Shown piece after piece: positions 1-14,509 of a stretch of DNA of 64,000 nt. The notes below the pieces were generated by a model that searched no databases, had not been told where the DNA came from, and saw only the letters and a list, made by a program, of their open reading frames with translations. The stretch is taken from assembly GCF_006345805.1 (NCBI RefSeq), contig NC_043000.1, positions 82,398,001 to 82,462,000 of the forward strand. Direction: 5' to 3'. The translations under genes and the position numbers were made by a program. The DNA comes from Octopus sinensis (lineage: Eukaryota). Position 1 is the stretch's first letter, and every line of letters begins with the position of its first letter.

Positions 1-225
1 AAATTTCAAACTAATATTGCAGTTTCGATTCCTGGACTAGGTGATGCGTGGTATTCATAGGCAAAACACTTCATTTCTCATTGTTCCAGCTTACTCAACC
101 GGTAAAAGTGAGTACTAGTGCGACGAACCGGAGTCCTGTTCGTGGTAGTAGTGGAGAATACATATATATATGCTACAGAATCCGGGAAACCAGCCTTATG
201 AACCTATGTCTTGAGGAGGCCATTT
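1..225 (+). mobile_element. Degenerate CORE-type SINE fragment
   Basis: B-box-like GTTTCGATTCC at about 22, followed by CORE-like sequence (GGCAAAACACTTCATTTCTCATTGTTCCAGCTTACTCAACC) resembling the SINE at 23140-23288. Confidence 0.45.
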
Positions 226-299
226 GATACCTTTTTGAATGAAGAAGGATGAGTAATACACCGCTACTAGTTAATACCTCATATCACGAAATCAAAACA

Positions 300-600
300 T
301 CACACCAATAATACAGCATCACTATGCCAGCCCGTGATACCCACTACATCACACTACCACCACAACCAACACAACCATCACTCCACTGCCACCACACAGC
401 CTTAGCTCTACACCATCAATGCACCACTACCACCACACTTCCACAGCACATTCACACCACTGCTACACCAAGCCTGCCACATCAGACCACCACCATAACA
501 GTATGATCTCACCATCGCCACCACCAAACAAACCACTACCACCTCACCACTTCGCCACCATTATGCTGCAACCATTACAACATTACAATTGTCTACTGAA
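300..600. repeat. ACC/CAC-rich low-complexity tract
   Basis: Degenerate (CAC/ACC)n; accounts for the His/Thr/Pro-rich spurious ORFs. Confidence 0.8.
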
Positions 601-1547
601 TACAAAATGTCCTTTATTGCTTTCCGTATGTGAATGTATGTATATGTGTTGCTTGAGTGCACGTGTGTGTGTGTGAGTATGGCGGAGTGAGTGCATTCGC
701 ATCGAAACCTACTTGGTTCAAATATATTTGAGTGTGTAAGTGTATGTATTTAAGTGTGTGTGTATCTGTGGTTGTGATTGTACAAGTGTTTGTGTAAGGA
801 CGTGCATGTGCGTGCGTATGTGCGAATGCAGAGTGTGTCAGTGAGTGAATGTGTATGTGTATACGTGTGTGTATATACGTGTGAGTATATATACGTGTGT
901 GTGCGTGTATTTGTGTGTATGTATGTGTGTGTGTTTGTGCGCGTGTCTGAAGTGTTATCTCTTCCTTCCAAGATGGCAGTCACTTCTCAGCTGCCAACAT
1001 AAACAAACAAACAACAGCGAGACAACATTCACAAAGCTTTCTTTATTTGACAGAAGGGCGCCTTAAAACAAAGTTGGACTTTACGTAACGGAACCAAGCA
1101 AAGACCTCCGCCAGAGAGAAATACTAAGAAATAAACGGAAATGTATTACATATATTTGATCATATTTATGGTTAGGTAGATAAGAAACTCGCTCTGCATT
1201 TATGTTAGTTCAGTTTCGATCCCTCTGCACAGCACAGTGCTCTGGGCAATTGTCTTCTAATGGATAAAAGTATTCTCAAGAAGTCTTGGCTGACCAATAC
1301 TTTGTCTGTAAAGTTTTGATTGGCAAAGAAAGTGAAAAACGCCATTGTACACCCCTCCTCCACGCAGGCTCGCACATGCACATACAATCATACTCACAAA
1401 CACGCGCGCACATATGTGGGTATTTGTGTGTATGTGTGTGCGTGTGTGTGTATAGATAGATATATGAATCACAAAAGAACAGGAATTACGCAGTCTCTTT
1501 TATTAACTTGCATTTTAGAATCTTTGTGGCTAGGAGGAATCATACTA

Positions 1548-1653
1548 TACGAGGGGTGTATGAAAAGTCTTGAGCCTCAAAAAAAAACATGGTACAAGAC
1601 TTTTGATGAAGGTACAAGACTTCAAGGCTCAAAGGTTTTCATACACCCTCGTA
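1548..1653. mobile_element. Mariner/Tc1-derived mini-MITE (106 bp)
   Basis: About 30-bp TIRs TACGAGGGGTGTATGAAAAGTCTTGAGCCT and AGGCTCAAAGGTTTTCATACACCCTCGTA with TA ends; TACGAGGG start matches the mariner TIRs at 12017 and 13124. Confidence 0.8.
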
Positions 1654-1686
1654 TGAATGTATGTATATATAATTTGGACAAATTAT

Positions 1687-2070
1687 GGCGTAGGAGTGGC
1701 TGTGTGGTAAGTAGCTTGCTTACCAACCACATGGTTCTGGGTTCAGTCCCACTGCGTGGCACCTTGGGCAAGTGTCTTCTACTATAGCCTCGGGCCGACC
1801 AAAGCCTTGAGAATGGATTTCGTAGACGGAAACTGAAAGAAGCCCGTTGTATATATGTGTGTATATATGTATGTGTGTGTATATGTTTCTGTGTCTGTGC
1901 TTGTCTCCCCAACATCGCTTGACAACCGATGCTGGTGTGTTTACGTCCCCGTAACTTAGCAGTTCGGCAAAAGAGACCGATAGAATAAGTCCTGGGGTCG
2001 GTTTGCTCGACTAAAGGCGGTGCTCCAGCATGGCCACAGTCAAATGACTGAAACAAGTAAAAGAGTAAAT
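1687..2070 (+). mobile_element. tRNA-headed CORE-like SINE, family A (full length)
   Basis: Head GGCGTAGGAGTGGCTGTGTGGTAAG, B-box-like GGTTCAGTCCC, CORE-like CACCTTGGGCAAGTGTCTTC, internal TG microsatellite, tail CAAATGACTGAAACAAGTAAAAGAG; several further copies in the window. Confidence 0.9.
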
Positions 2071-2201
2071 AGTAAAAAAGTAAATAAATATAAATCGATT
2101 AGTGCGTTTAAATGTTGAGTAGAGCACCGGCACAGTTTAGGCTACTTGCTGTCATCTGCAGTCGACATTAAAAATCTGTAGTGAGATACATCTTTATTGA
2201 T

Positions 2202-2254
2202 GTACCTGATGAGACCCAGACTGATGAGTCGAAGCGTAAGCTGTACCCAATAAA
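2202..2254 (+). ncRNA. Decayed minimal hammerhead ribozyme motif
   Basis: GTAC-CTGATGA-GAC...GTC-GAAG-CG-TA-AGCTGTAC followed by AATAAA; GAAA is mutated to GAAG and stem I is shortened. Confidence 0.4.
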
Positions 2255-2294
2255 GATTTAATACCAAATCCATCTCCCATTAATTAATATTGAG

Positions 2295-2325
<31 letters not shown>

Positions 2326-2834
2326 TGTGTGTGGCGGTAATATTCAGCAATTACTAGATGTCGCGATTCGCTAAAACATTTCTCATGTGATCTACAAAGT
2401 CTGACAAATCAGAACTTTGCCTGAAATAGATTCCCACGACGATTTCATGTTTTGGCGCGCTTCTTTCTGAGCTCACGAATCTGTATAGATTCGACATACC
2501 CTAGCTACTTGACAGAGAGCTTTGGGATGCAACACAGGGAGTATTGAGAAACAGCAGAAAGGAAACGACAGACGAACGGCGGACAGACGCGGACAGCTGC
2601 TGACCCAAGCTGGCGCTAGATTGTTCAATGATGAACAATAACGGCAAAACCAGCACCAACTAACTACACTTTGACTGTTGTTGTCATCACACCAAGAACA
2701 ACAACGTTCAGCCTCTCTCTTGACATTTTGCTGTTCGTAGTAACGGCAGTATGTGTTGTTTTACTTTTGCACACGAGAAGAATAAAATTTTGTTTATCAA
2801 AATCTCAACAGATTTCGTCGTTTTCTTTGTACAC

Positions 2835-2890
<56 letters not shown>

Positions 2891-3540
2891 GTTAAATATG
2901 CACACACACATACATACACACACATACACACACACACAGTCTCAAAGTAAATGGACACCTTTCATTATACTGTTTTAACTGGGTGGACATTAGTCATTAG
3001 TACCAAACCCAAACGGGTTAAGCATTAAAGCCTACATAAAGTGTATATACTAAATATTAGTATTTAAATGCATCAAATGATATTATTTTGCTTCCAGAAA
3101 TAAATTTTCCAAAAACGATGGTTTCCATTTACTTTTGAGATGTCTATATATATATTGTATTTCGGGACGGTTATTCATTTTTATTTATTTATTTTTTAAT
3201 TTATTTATTTATTACCAAATAAACACACGTACAATATATATTTTCTTCACTCGTTTATTACTGTTCTTATTTTATTATTTTAACTCAAGTCCATTGTCCA
3301 GAAATATTTCGTCACACATCTGTGACCTCTCTGGCGACACATTTCTTTTTCGTGTGTGCTCTTGCTCCACTTACTCCATTCTGTTCTTCTTAGATGTGTA
3401 TCCCTATGTGCTAATGTATTTGTATCCTTGTTTGTGTGTGTGTGTGTTTGTACACACACACACACACACACATGTATGTATGTATGTATGTATGTATGTA
3501 TGTATGTATGTATGTATGTATGTATGTATCTATGTATGTA

Positions 3541-3700
3541 TCTATATATATAAAATACGTTGTCTGTGTGTCCTCTATGCACGGTCAAATCTCTGGATCA
3601 ATTTGTACCATACTTGGGGTACATGAATAACTTGACCTTGGAAATAATATGGTCTTGATTTCTTTTCTTTTTTTATTAAAACAAATAATATTGCTTTATA
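3541..3700 (+). mobile_element. Helitron-like 5' end fragment
   Basis: Starts TCTATATATATAAAA (5'-TC terminus); shares ATTTGTACCATACTTGGG..CATGAATAA.TTGACC..GGTCTTGATTT..AAATAATATTGCTTTATATA with the 5' part of the Helitron at about 44700-44820. Confidence 0.5.
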
Positions 3701-3728
3701 TATATTATATTATATATATATATATATA

Positions 3729-3823
<95 letters not shown>

Positions 3824-4101
3824 TACAGTTGTGACGGTCTCTGATAACAAAGAATTTCTAAAAGTACTTTCATTTTTGATATTCTTCTCCAGCTTTCTAT
3901 TTGTACGTACAGGTTCATTTCTGTAAAAATCTTCCAGTGTCAACAGATCCGCTTCATTATAACGACTACCACCACAACGACTACTATCACTGCTAACCAC
4001 TTCCACTTTTACTTTACCACTATAACCACAACAACCACCACCACTACCATCATCATCATCATCATCATCATCAACAACAACAACAACAACATCATTATCG
4101 T

Positions 4102-4200
4102 GCTGAGAGAATTGTTAACACGCCATGCGAAATACTTAGCCGTATTTCATATGTCACTACGTACTGAGTTCAAATTCCGCCTAGTTCGACTTTGCCCTCC
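4102..4200 (+). mobile_element. SINE family B 5' fragment
   Basis: GAATTGTTAACACGCC...CTGAGTTCAAATTCCGCC...GACTTTGCC, a degenerate match to the head at 7673. Confidence 0.6.
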
Positions 4201-4439
4201 ATATGTCAACAGGTCTGACATATATAAGACATATATTTGTGTGCGGCCTCTATGAACGGCCAAACCGCTGGTGAGATGGTCAATGATCTCATAATGCATG
4301 TGTTCCCAAATGTTGCGCAGATCTTTAGCGAGTCAATGGCTCTGTGAGCGAACCATCTTAGCTCCACGTAATGATGCTATCGTCAAAATAGTACACCACT
4401 AACCCACTATAAAAATTATAGGAACAGAAGACGGATAAA

Positions 4440-5800
<1,361 letters not shown>

Positions 5801-6654
5801 TACATACATAATGCATCCATACATAACAGTAGGAACTTCAGTGGGTCTGGCGCAAAGTGGTCAGAACCAAAATAGAGAAAATAGGCATTAACTAGAACAA
5901 GTTGGTGAGTCTCCAACTCAGTACTTGAACCAGTAGTTTAGTTATGAGCCCTGGGGTCTGGATCAACCCAGGCTTCTATGTAGAGAGGAAAATTGGCAAA
6001 GTCGTGTGCAATTTCATCCAGATATGAGTTGAGAGAAAGTTAACCATAAAAGACCGGAAAGAAATAGCGAATATCTGCATCACCTTGATCATTTATTCCT
6101 ATATTACTGTAAGGCCTTGTTCCAGTTCTGATGAGACCAAACTGGAGCATCTCTCATTTGTCAATTCACTCTTTGGCGATTCCTGCACAATGAACAGGTG
6201 CGGTCACCATTTTTCTGCTATGACATACCACAACTCTTCTTTTCAAAACTGCAATTCTGGATCAAACTGAGACCAATATTACGAGGGTTCAGCATTTGGA
6301 ATATTGTCAAGTTCACAGTTCTTTACCAGTGTCGCACTACGGTCGGTTGTATATCAACCCTTTATTCTACATAGGATTGGAGGTCGGAAAGAGAGACGGT
6401 GTTTTCGGATCGACTCAAGGTATCAGTTGAAGATCAGGTGTATAATCTTCAGATGGAATGCTATAGACAACTTCCAGAAATTTATGTCTTGATGGTGCTG
6501 CCTGTGGGGTGCGTACATTGCTAATTTGGTATAAAATCTACAGGTGCAGTAACGTTGTCAGCCGAATTGCTCACGATGCACGAAGGGCTACGTAACCGTA
6601 GCACCAGCACTCGTTCAGTGTTCGAGCAATGCTGTTTATAGGGTTAAGTCAGGG

Positions 6655-6865
6655 ACAGCAATGGGGAACACGGATTGCACCTTCTTTTGCGAACCTGGTA
6701 ATGGGCTATCTCGGAATTAAACTATACCAGAGAACACTCGAGAAAACTCCTTTTCTACCTACATTCAAAACAATTGGAAAAGATATCTCGATGACTGCTT
6801 CATCCTCTGGAATGAAAGTATAGAAAAACTTAACGAATTCCAAACACTTTTAATGGAATAAATGA
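6655..6865 (+). pseudogene. Second copy and continuation of the same PLE RT segment
   Basis: About 170 bp near-identical to about 5505-5677 (GTAMGTRIAPSFANLVMGYLGIKLY...WKRYLDDCFILWNESIE), then continues KLNEFQTLL. Confidence 0.85.
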
Positions 6866-7672
6866 AAACTAGCAACAATAATAATAATGAAATAATAATA
6901 ATAATAATGAAAACTATCAACAGTAATAATAATAGTCGTCGTGGTGAAGTTGTCCCCACCCTAGGGACAACAGCACTTGTCGTCGGTCGGACAATTTTGG
7001 CAATCAGACAAGTTCATTCTCAAGTTCGTTGAGAAGGGAAGGTAGTTTTCCTTTGCCTGTTGACTATGGTAAAGGGGTTGTACGATGGACAAGAGAGAAA
7101 CGACTAAAGACAGGCACTTCTCTTTGACCACGCTAACTTGGTGAGTAGTTGTGAATATGTTAAAAGGTGTACAGTATTTGCGTGTATGGCTCGAAAGCAT
7201 CTCAAATCTCAGTATGCATATGTAGCTTAAAAAGCACAGTAGGTGGAGATTGCTTGCTTTGACAGTAAAGTTAATTCAGAAAATTTGGTGTTCCTTGATT
7301 GAAACTCCAGGTGCCTAAACCCATATTATAACTTTTCACTCTATTTCTTTATATACTGTTGACTTTTTATCCGATTTTTCATAAACGATTTCATGTTGAC
7401 ACATCGATTTCGTTATATTTTTCTTTGTAATCTCCCGTCATCCCCCACACTGTGGCAACCAAATTCTTCTTCTTCTTCTTCTTCTTCTTCTTATTATTAT
7501 TATTATTGTTCTTCTGCTTATTATTATTATTATTATACACAGGTAATTAACAGACAGTAACACATCATTAATACTACCATAGTCAAAGGAGGAAAACGTT
7601 CAGGTTACCCAGCTGGTTCCCTGTCTCGTCGGCTCTTACTACTACTACTACTACTACTACTACAACAACAAA

Positions 7673-7880
7673 AGGTGGCGAGCTGGCAGAATCGTTAGCA
7701 TGCCGGAGAAAATGCTTAGCAGCATTTCGTTCAAATTCCACTGAAGTTGACTTTGCATTTCATCCTTTCGGGATTGATGAAATCAGTACCAGTTACGCAC
7801 TGGAGTCGATGTAATCGATTAGTACCCCACCCCAAAAATTTCAGGCTTTGCGCTTATAGCAGAAAGGATTATTATTGTTG
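7673..7880 (+). mobile_element. tRNA-headed SINE family B
   Basis: GGTGGCGAGCTGGCAGAATCGTTAGC head, GTTCAAATTCC B box, GTACCAGTT..CACTGG.GTCGATGTAATCGA body, (ATT/GTT)n tail. Confidence 0.85.
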
Positions 7881-9297
7881 TTGTTGTTGTTGTTATCTGC
7901 CACAGAGACTTCAGATGAGGGGAGAATGCAAAAGAAGGCTGCAGTTTATGTAGGACTTTACATGAAATCAAACCATGGAAGAGAAAACGGAAAGGACGAG
8001 GAAAAAAGTCGCAGGAAGATGAGTAGTCTAGGTATAGATGAATAGGTAATTAATACAATCCTCTTAATGCAGAAGGGCCTCTAAATAGGACCAATCGAAA
8101 ATCCAGTCAAGGAGCACAATCCCAGTGGTAATTGTTGCACTTTGATATCTGTGTTTGTGTGTGTTTTCTGAATGTCTGTAAAGCTACATAACACAGATTA
8201 GAATAACATTTCTACACATCACTCTCCTTCTATATACAGACACATACACACACACACACACACATGGATGTGTGTGCGCGTATATATTGTGTGTTGTGTG
8301 TATGTATGTATATACATATGTATATATTTGTGTGTGTCTCTGTGTGTCTGTGTTTGTGTATAAAGAGAGAGGTGAAGCAAACAAAGATTGCGAGAGAGAT
8401 AGAGGGAGCACATTTCTTGAATGCGTGATGTATACCGTTACAATATCATTTTTTTATTTTTATATATTCCTTGAAATGCCTACATAAGCGGATATATGAT
8501 TTCAACATATGGCTATTGCCATCAGAATGGTTCAAGTAAGTGGTCACAGACATACTTTGAATTCATGCCAAATACCATTGTTCTTTTGTCAATCCCCTCG
8601 CCATATCCAAAACCCCGGCCAATCTGTCAATAATGTTAATCATCAGAAATATAATGGTATCTTGTTTCATTCGCTGCTCAGCCACTTCTGTTTCTTTACT
8701 TTCACTTTCACTTTCATTTTCTTTGTAGCTCTTATTTTATCATCCTCTTTCGCAACCTTAACCTTACCTTACCGCTTCCTTACTGCTTCTCATCTCTCCA
8801 CCTCTACCTTTGTATTTCACTAAATCTCTCTCGCTGCCTTTATTATTCTCTTCGTATTTTCTCCACATCTTTCATCTTACTCTCTAACTGCATTCATCTC
8901 TATCTTAGTAAATCATCCAGTTTACTCTCTGTTCCTTCACGCTGTTACTTGTTTCAGTCATTGGAGTACGGTCAAGCTGGGGCATTGCATTCATGAGTTT
9001 CAATCGATCATATCGACGCTAGTGCTTAATTATGCAGTCTGGTATTATTTTATTACTCTCTATGTCTATCATTATTGGCACTTCTTTATGTTCTGAGTTC
9101 AAATTCCGCCAAGGTCCTTTTTGCCTTCATCTTTTCGGGGTCGATAAAATAAGTACTAGTTGAACACTGGAGTTAATGTAATCAACTATCATCCTCCCTC
9201 AAATTTTGTGTAATAGTAGAAAGCTTTACTATTATTATTACCCTGCAGAGCGGTCTAGTAAACTTATGCAAAAAAACATTTCTTGCATTTTTATATC

Positions 9298-9346
<49 letters not shown>

Positions 9347-9849
9347 ATATGTATGTGTCTGTGTGTGCGCGCGTCGGTGCGTGCACTTAAACATTAAAGA
9401 ATTGTTATACCGAAAGACGGTATAACAGAAATACCGAAAACTTGGTAATGGAAAGGCGCTCGGTGCAAATTCTTTGTTTGCATTAAATGAAGTATATCTA
9501 TTGCACTCACATTCAAGTCAAGGAAATTATTCTTATACAAAGCAATATATTTCGGCGAAAGTTGCTCTCATCAAGGTTCAAGTGAATTACAGAACGTCAA
9601 ACTTCTTAGCGTTTCACCTTTAAAGTTGTAATCTAGCTATGATGTCACGTCTGCTTACAATGAATTTGCAGGGCAAAAATCTTGAAATTACAGTGTCAGT
9701 CAACTTTGGTGACGTAATGACTTTCGTTTTCACCTATAACAATATAGTCAATTACACGCCGAAAATATTCTTTGTCTGGCTTTGCTATTAGTCATAACAA
9801 TTCCTTCTCCATTATACATATAAATATGTATGTATATATATATATATAT

Positions 9850-9995
9850 ATACATACATACATACATACATACATACATACAATGAAAATATATATGTAT
9901 ACATACATACACGCACACATATATATATGTATTATATATATATGTATATGTATATATATACACACACAACATATACACATATATGTGTGTGTGTA

Positions 9996-10031
<36 letters not shown>

Positions 10032-10296
10032 CTACATATGCATATATATATATATATCTATATATATATATATATATTATATACATACATACATACATAC
10101 ATACATACATACAATGAAAATATATATGTATACATACATACACGCACACATATATATATGTATTATATATATATGTATATGTATATATATACACACACAA
10201 CATATACACATATATGTGTGTGTGTATCTCTCTCTCTCTCTCTCTCTCTCTACATATGCATATATATATATATCTATATATATATATATATATATG
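9850..10296. repeat. Tandem duplication of an approximately 230-bp compound microsatellite unit
   Basis: (CATA)n-ATGAAAAT...CACGCACAC...CACAACATATACAC...(CT)n-ACATATGCA-(TA)n occurs twice in succession. Confidence 0.8.
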
Positions 10297-11147
10297 CTAT
10301 AAAACCTTTGTACAAAGTAGACCACCATTCTTTAATTCTATTAATTCTGTGGATGAGCGATATTATCCTATTTCGAGTTCTCGATACTGGATACAGAGTG
10401 AGAGCAGCAGATCAGCAAAATCTGTATAGAAGCAGACAAAATACCTGCTCAAATCCCGCCGACATCGACTTCCGCTTTCTTCCTCCCGAGTCGATAAAAT
10501 AAAATACCAGTCATATCCAATATAATAACTATACTCACCCACTTCAAAATGCGTGTTATTGCATGTATCTATGTTTGACTCTAGTTTTGGAAGCACAATG
10601 TTCATACTGTATGATACCATGTGCTTTGACCGATATGTTATAGCTGAAAACGCTTAAGAGGTCGAAACACAAGCTATAACCATTGTCTTCAATTTTCTTG
10701 AGATGTCTACATAATAAAAGCACAGGTGACGCTGTTGCATTTAAAATATGAACGCTTGCTTGGCTGTCAGTTGACTTTGATAAAGGGATCTATTTTGCGA
10801 TTAGTTATCGGAATGACCTAGATATGAAAGTTAGATACCCAACAAACGCGTGCACACACACACACGTACACACACTCATACACGCATGTACACACGCACA
10901 CACACACACACACACATGCACATATACACACACGCTTATGTCATATAGTGTTACATTAAACGAGTAAAGAGAGAGGCTTTAATGTTAAACACATATTCTG
11001 CCTATTTCGTTCCTACACCACTGCAACAGTCTCTGTCTATGTGTCGATACTTTTTTCTATCTATCTCTGTCAATCAGTTTCTTTCTTCCCCTCTCTTTCC
11101 TTCTCTCTCTCTTTCTCTCTTATGCAAACATATATTCATGTATACAC

Positions 11148-11181
<34 letters not shown>

Positions 11182-11966
11182 CATCATCATCATCACCATC
11201 ATCATCATTTAGCGTCCGCTAAATATATATATATATATAAAATACAAAATGGGACAAGAATGCAAAACATCCAGACAGGTGATACAAAAAGGGACAACAA
11301 AACATCCAGAGAGACGATATAAAGAAAACAAGGACAGGTCATTCGGAGTTTTCTTTCCTCAGTCGAGTTCCAGATTATCTTTGCAATTTCGGCTAGTTAT
11401 ACTCGAGATTACTCCAATCTGGCCAGCCCCAAGGAAAAACTAAGCTAAGAGCATTAGATTCTTTGGAAGAAAGCAGCGAATGTATACGAAAACAAGGACG
11501 AAAAAAAACGGAGAATGTTACACAAATACAAATAACAGGACATAACAACAGGTGTCTTTCGACTAAGGGCGAATTAAATTAAGCTGGTGTTTGTGGAAAT
11601 AAAGCCTTACGGCAGGGATACAAGATTTCACAGGCACAGGGAGGAATATAGATGTTGCACGGACGACGACCGAACCAAGAAAGAAAGATCAGGCTTGGCC
11701 GAACACCGGTCACGTGGGAAGATAAGAGAGAGAGGTAGAGGAAGAGGGACAGAAGAATTAAGGAGGGGCAAAAAAAATGACAGAGGCACAGTGAAGTGAA
11801 AAGAGGAGGGAAAGTGAGCAAGAAGAAAAGGCAGGGAACTGTGAGAGTGGAGAACGAAAGAACGAAGAGTGGAATGAATGAATAAGCGTGAAGGGGTTGA
11901 TAGAAAGAAAGAATAGAGTCGTACATGGACCAAAACATCGCCCTTCTTTCGTTTGTCTACTTACTC

Positions 11967-12006
<40 letters not shown>

Positions 12007-12016
12007 TGTGTGTGTG

Positions 12017-12682
12017 TACGAGGCCTGAACAATAAGTATCCGGACTCTTGCCATAGTAACAAAGCTGAAGCACACTGAGTAAATTGCGTGGCACAGATTG
12101 ACCTTGAACTCTGCTGTGCATGCGCACTAAATTTTGCTTGAAAGGAAGGTGTGTAGCGTGCGAACGTCACATCGATTATGATAGAGAAAGTTGTCATGGC
12201 GATACCTGCTCAGAGGCCTACGCAAAGTTGCAGAAAATGTATGTAAACACAAGCTGATAAATTTTGTCCATATTTCCGGAGGTGACGCTCGTAGAGAGTC
12301 TTCCAGATCGTTAGTCGTCGTCCAAGGACAATCTTACGCTTTTGAGGCGGCCATGCCACTCGAAACATTGCGTACGACCCATTGCCTCGTCACCGTAAGC
12401 TTGTCGGAGCATGCTCAATGTCTCTACAGCAGGCTTTCCAAGTTTAACACAGAATTTCACGTTGGCTCTTTGTTCCAACTTCTTATCCATAATAAAATCG
12501 CACACTACAGCATACACGGGATTACAAAACACAAATTTCACAACTTGCGAAGTCACAGCTATGTCACTCAGCACACTGTCTCATGAAGGTCACTGCTAGT
12601 CCTCGTAGTGCACACAGATGTGTACTGCCATCTGTTGGCGTGCTACAGAACTAGTCCGAGAACTTTTTGATACCACCTTGTA
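12017..12682 (-). mobile_element. Internally deleted mariner element
   Basis: Imperfect TIRs TACGAGGCCTGAACAATAAGTATCCGGACT and AGTCCGAGAACTTTTTGATACCACCTTGTA; N-terminal HTH ORF MDKKLEQRANVKFCVKLGKPAVETLSMLRQAYGDEAMGRTQCFEWHGRLKS; DDD domain missing. Confidence 0.9.
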
Positions 12683-13123
12683 TTCAAGTACCAAACAAAC
12701 TTTCTGTTTGTAATTCTATGACTGATTCTTACGGGAAAGTTCTTTAAATATCGATGACGTAATCAAGATGGCATTTGTACAACCTAAAGTAGTGTCATAT
12801 CATCTCTGTCATTTGTAGTGTCTTCAGATTTAGAAACTCGATGCCAAGCATCGTTCTATAGAAAATACATATACGTTTACGCCTGTTAGAATCAGATCCA
12901 CTGCAAAGTCTGAGTCATGTGGACAAGTACGGCTGTAGCACCACACGACCAGAAGCAGCAACATCAACAACCACATTAATTCTTTCTACTAAAGCAGTGG
13001 TTCTCGACCACTCCTTTATTTCCTATGGACTCTTTTAATTCCTGTTTTACTCGGGTGGACCGTCATAGCTATTCGATGTTTTAAAAAACCTATTATATTT
13101 TTATAATTAAATATTAGGAATTG

Positions 13124-13755
13124 TACGAGGGGGAACCCAAAAGAAACCGGAATTTTGCAATATTTTTTATTCACTTAGTTTTAAATGCTTACACTTTTAT
13201 CGTCTTCAAAGTATTCTCCATTTGAAGCAATGCATTGATCCGGGCATGTTTTCCACTATTCGAAGTAGTACTGGAATTCTTGCGAAGTGATGCCTTTTAA
13301 TGCCTCCGTCGATTTTTTTTTCTTCACCTATTCCACATCTGCAAATTCCGTAGCACCAGCTTTTGTCACCTGCGATGACCTTCGAAAAAAAAATCCAAAT
13401 CAACTTCCAAATGTTCTTTCTGTTCACGACATGCTTTCAGTCGTGACCTCTTTTGTTCTTTCATGAGCAAGTGAGGCACACATTTTGCTGCAACTCTTTT
13501 CATTCGTAATTCCTCGCTCAAAATTCGTTAGCAGGAGATCCAGGACACACCAGTCATATCAAGTTCGTCAGCTGTTCAGTGATGATCCTCCAAAATCAGT
13601 TTATGAATTTTTATGATGATTTCATTCGTTTGGGAGCTTAACGGACGCTCTGAACGAGGTTTGTTTTCAAGAGACAAGTGACCATTCCTATAGCGCGAAA
13701 ACTACTCGTAAACTTGTTTTGCTCATGGCAGCGTCCTTCTAAGCTGTTAGAAGCC
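13124..13755 (-). mobile_element. Mariner deletion derivative (same family as 43276-44553)
   Basis: TIR TACGAGGGGGAACCCAAAAGAAACCGGAA; colinear with the 43.3-44.5 kb copy but jumps from FSKVIAGDKSWCY to the C-terminus; 5' end truncated. Confidence 0.85.
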
Positions 13756-13809
13756 AGACAACCGTTACGTCGCCGTTAATTCCAGTAGTAGTAGTTTAAT
13801 TATTCTTTG

Positions 13810-13965
13810 TCACGTTCGTTCTGAGTTCAAATTCAGCCGAGGTTGACTTTCATCTATTCGAGGTCGATAAATAAAGTACCAGTTGCGTACTGGGATCGAT
13901 CTAATCGACTGGCCCCTTCTCCCCAAAATTTCGGGCCTTGTGCTTAGAGTAGAAAAGATTCTTTG
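13810..13965 (+). mobile_element. SINE family B, 5'-truncated
   Basis: GTTCTGAGTTCAAATTC..CGAGGTTGACTTT...AAGTACCAGTTGCGTACTGGGATCGATCTAATCGAC...GGCCTTGTGCTTAGAGTAGAAAAG. Confidence 0.75.
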
Positions 13966-14139
13966 TCATGTCATTGTTTATTTTGTCGTTCTTGTTGCTT
14001 TTTTGTCGTCCATGTTTTTGTTGTTGTTAATAGATTCGATGTTTTTGCTACTGTCGGTATTATTGCTATTATTGTCAATGTTGCAAAGGCAGCGAGCAGC
14101 CGGGCAAAATGTTTGGCGTCATTTCATTCTCTCTTTTTT

Positions 14140-14507
14140 ATTCTTTTATTTGTTTCAGTCATTTGACTGCGGCCATGCTGGAGCATCGTCTTTTAGTACA
14201 GCAAATCGACCCCAGAACTTATTCTTTGTAAGCCTAGTACTTATTCTATCGGTCTCTTTTGAATACACCAGCATCAGTTGTCAAGCGATGATGGGGGTAC
14301 AAACACAGACACACAAGCATACACACACACACATATATACATATAACACGGGCTTCTTTCAGTTTCCGTCTATCAAATCCCCTCACAAGGCTTTGGTTGG
14401 CCCGAGGCTATAGTAGAAGACACTTGCCCAAGGTGCCATGCAGTGGGACTGAACTCGAAACCATGTGGCTGGTAAGCAAGCTACTTACCACACAGCCACT
14501 CCTACGC
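14140..14507 (-). mobile_element. SINE family A (full length, minus strand)
   Basis: Reverse complement of the 1687-2070 copy from tail TTGTTTCAGTCATTTGACTG to head CACAGCCACTCCTACGC. Confidence 0.9.
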
Positions 14508-14509
14508 GT

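Noticed and set aside
6085-6270. PCSSSDETKLEHLSF, resembling a LINE C-terminal zinc finger
   Set aside because: Lacks the CxxC and final Cys; no other LINE motifs in register.
6948-7146. 8-bp hairpin GTTGTCCC/GGGACAAC and possible exon ending at GTGAGT (about 7141)
   Set aside because: All frames leading to the strong donor contain stops; a short hairpin is expected by chance.
12995-13123. CAGTGGTTCTC start resembling a hAT/Charlie TIR
   Set aside because: No partner TIR or 8-bp TSD found.
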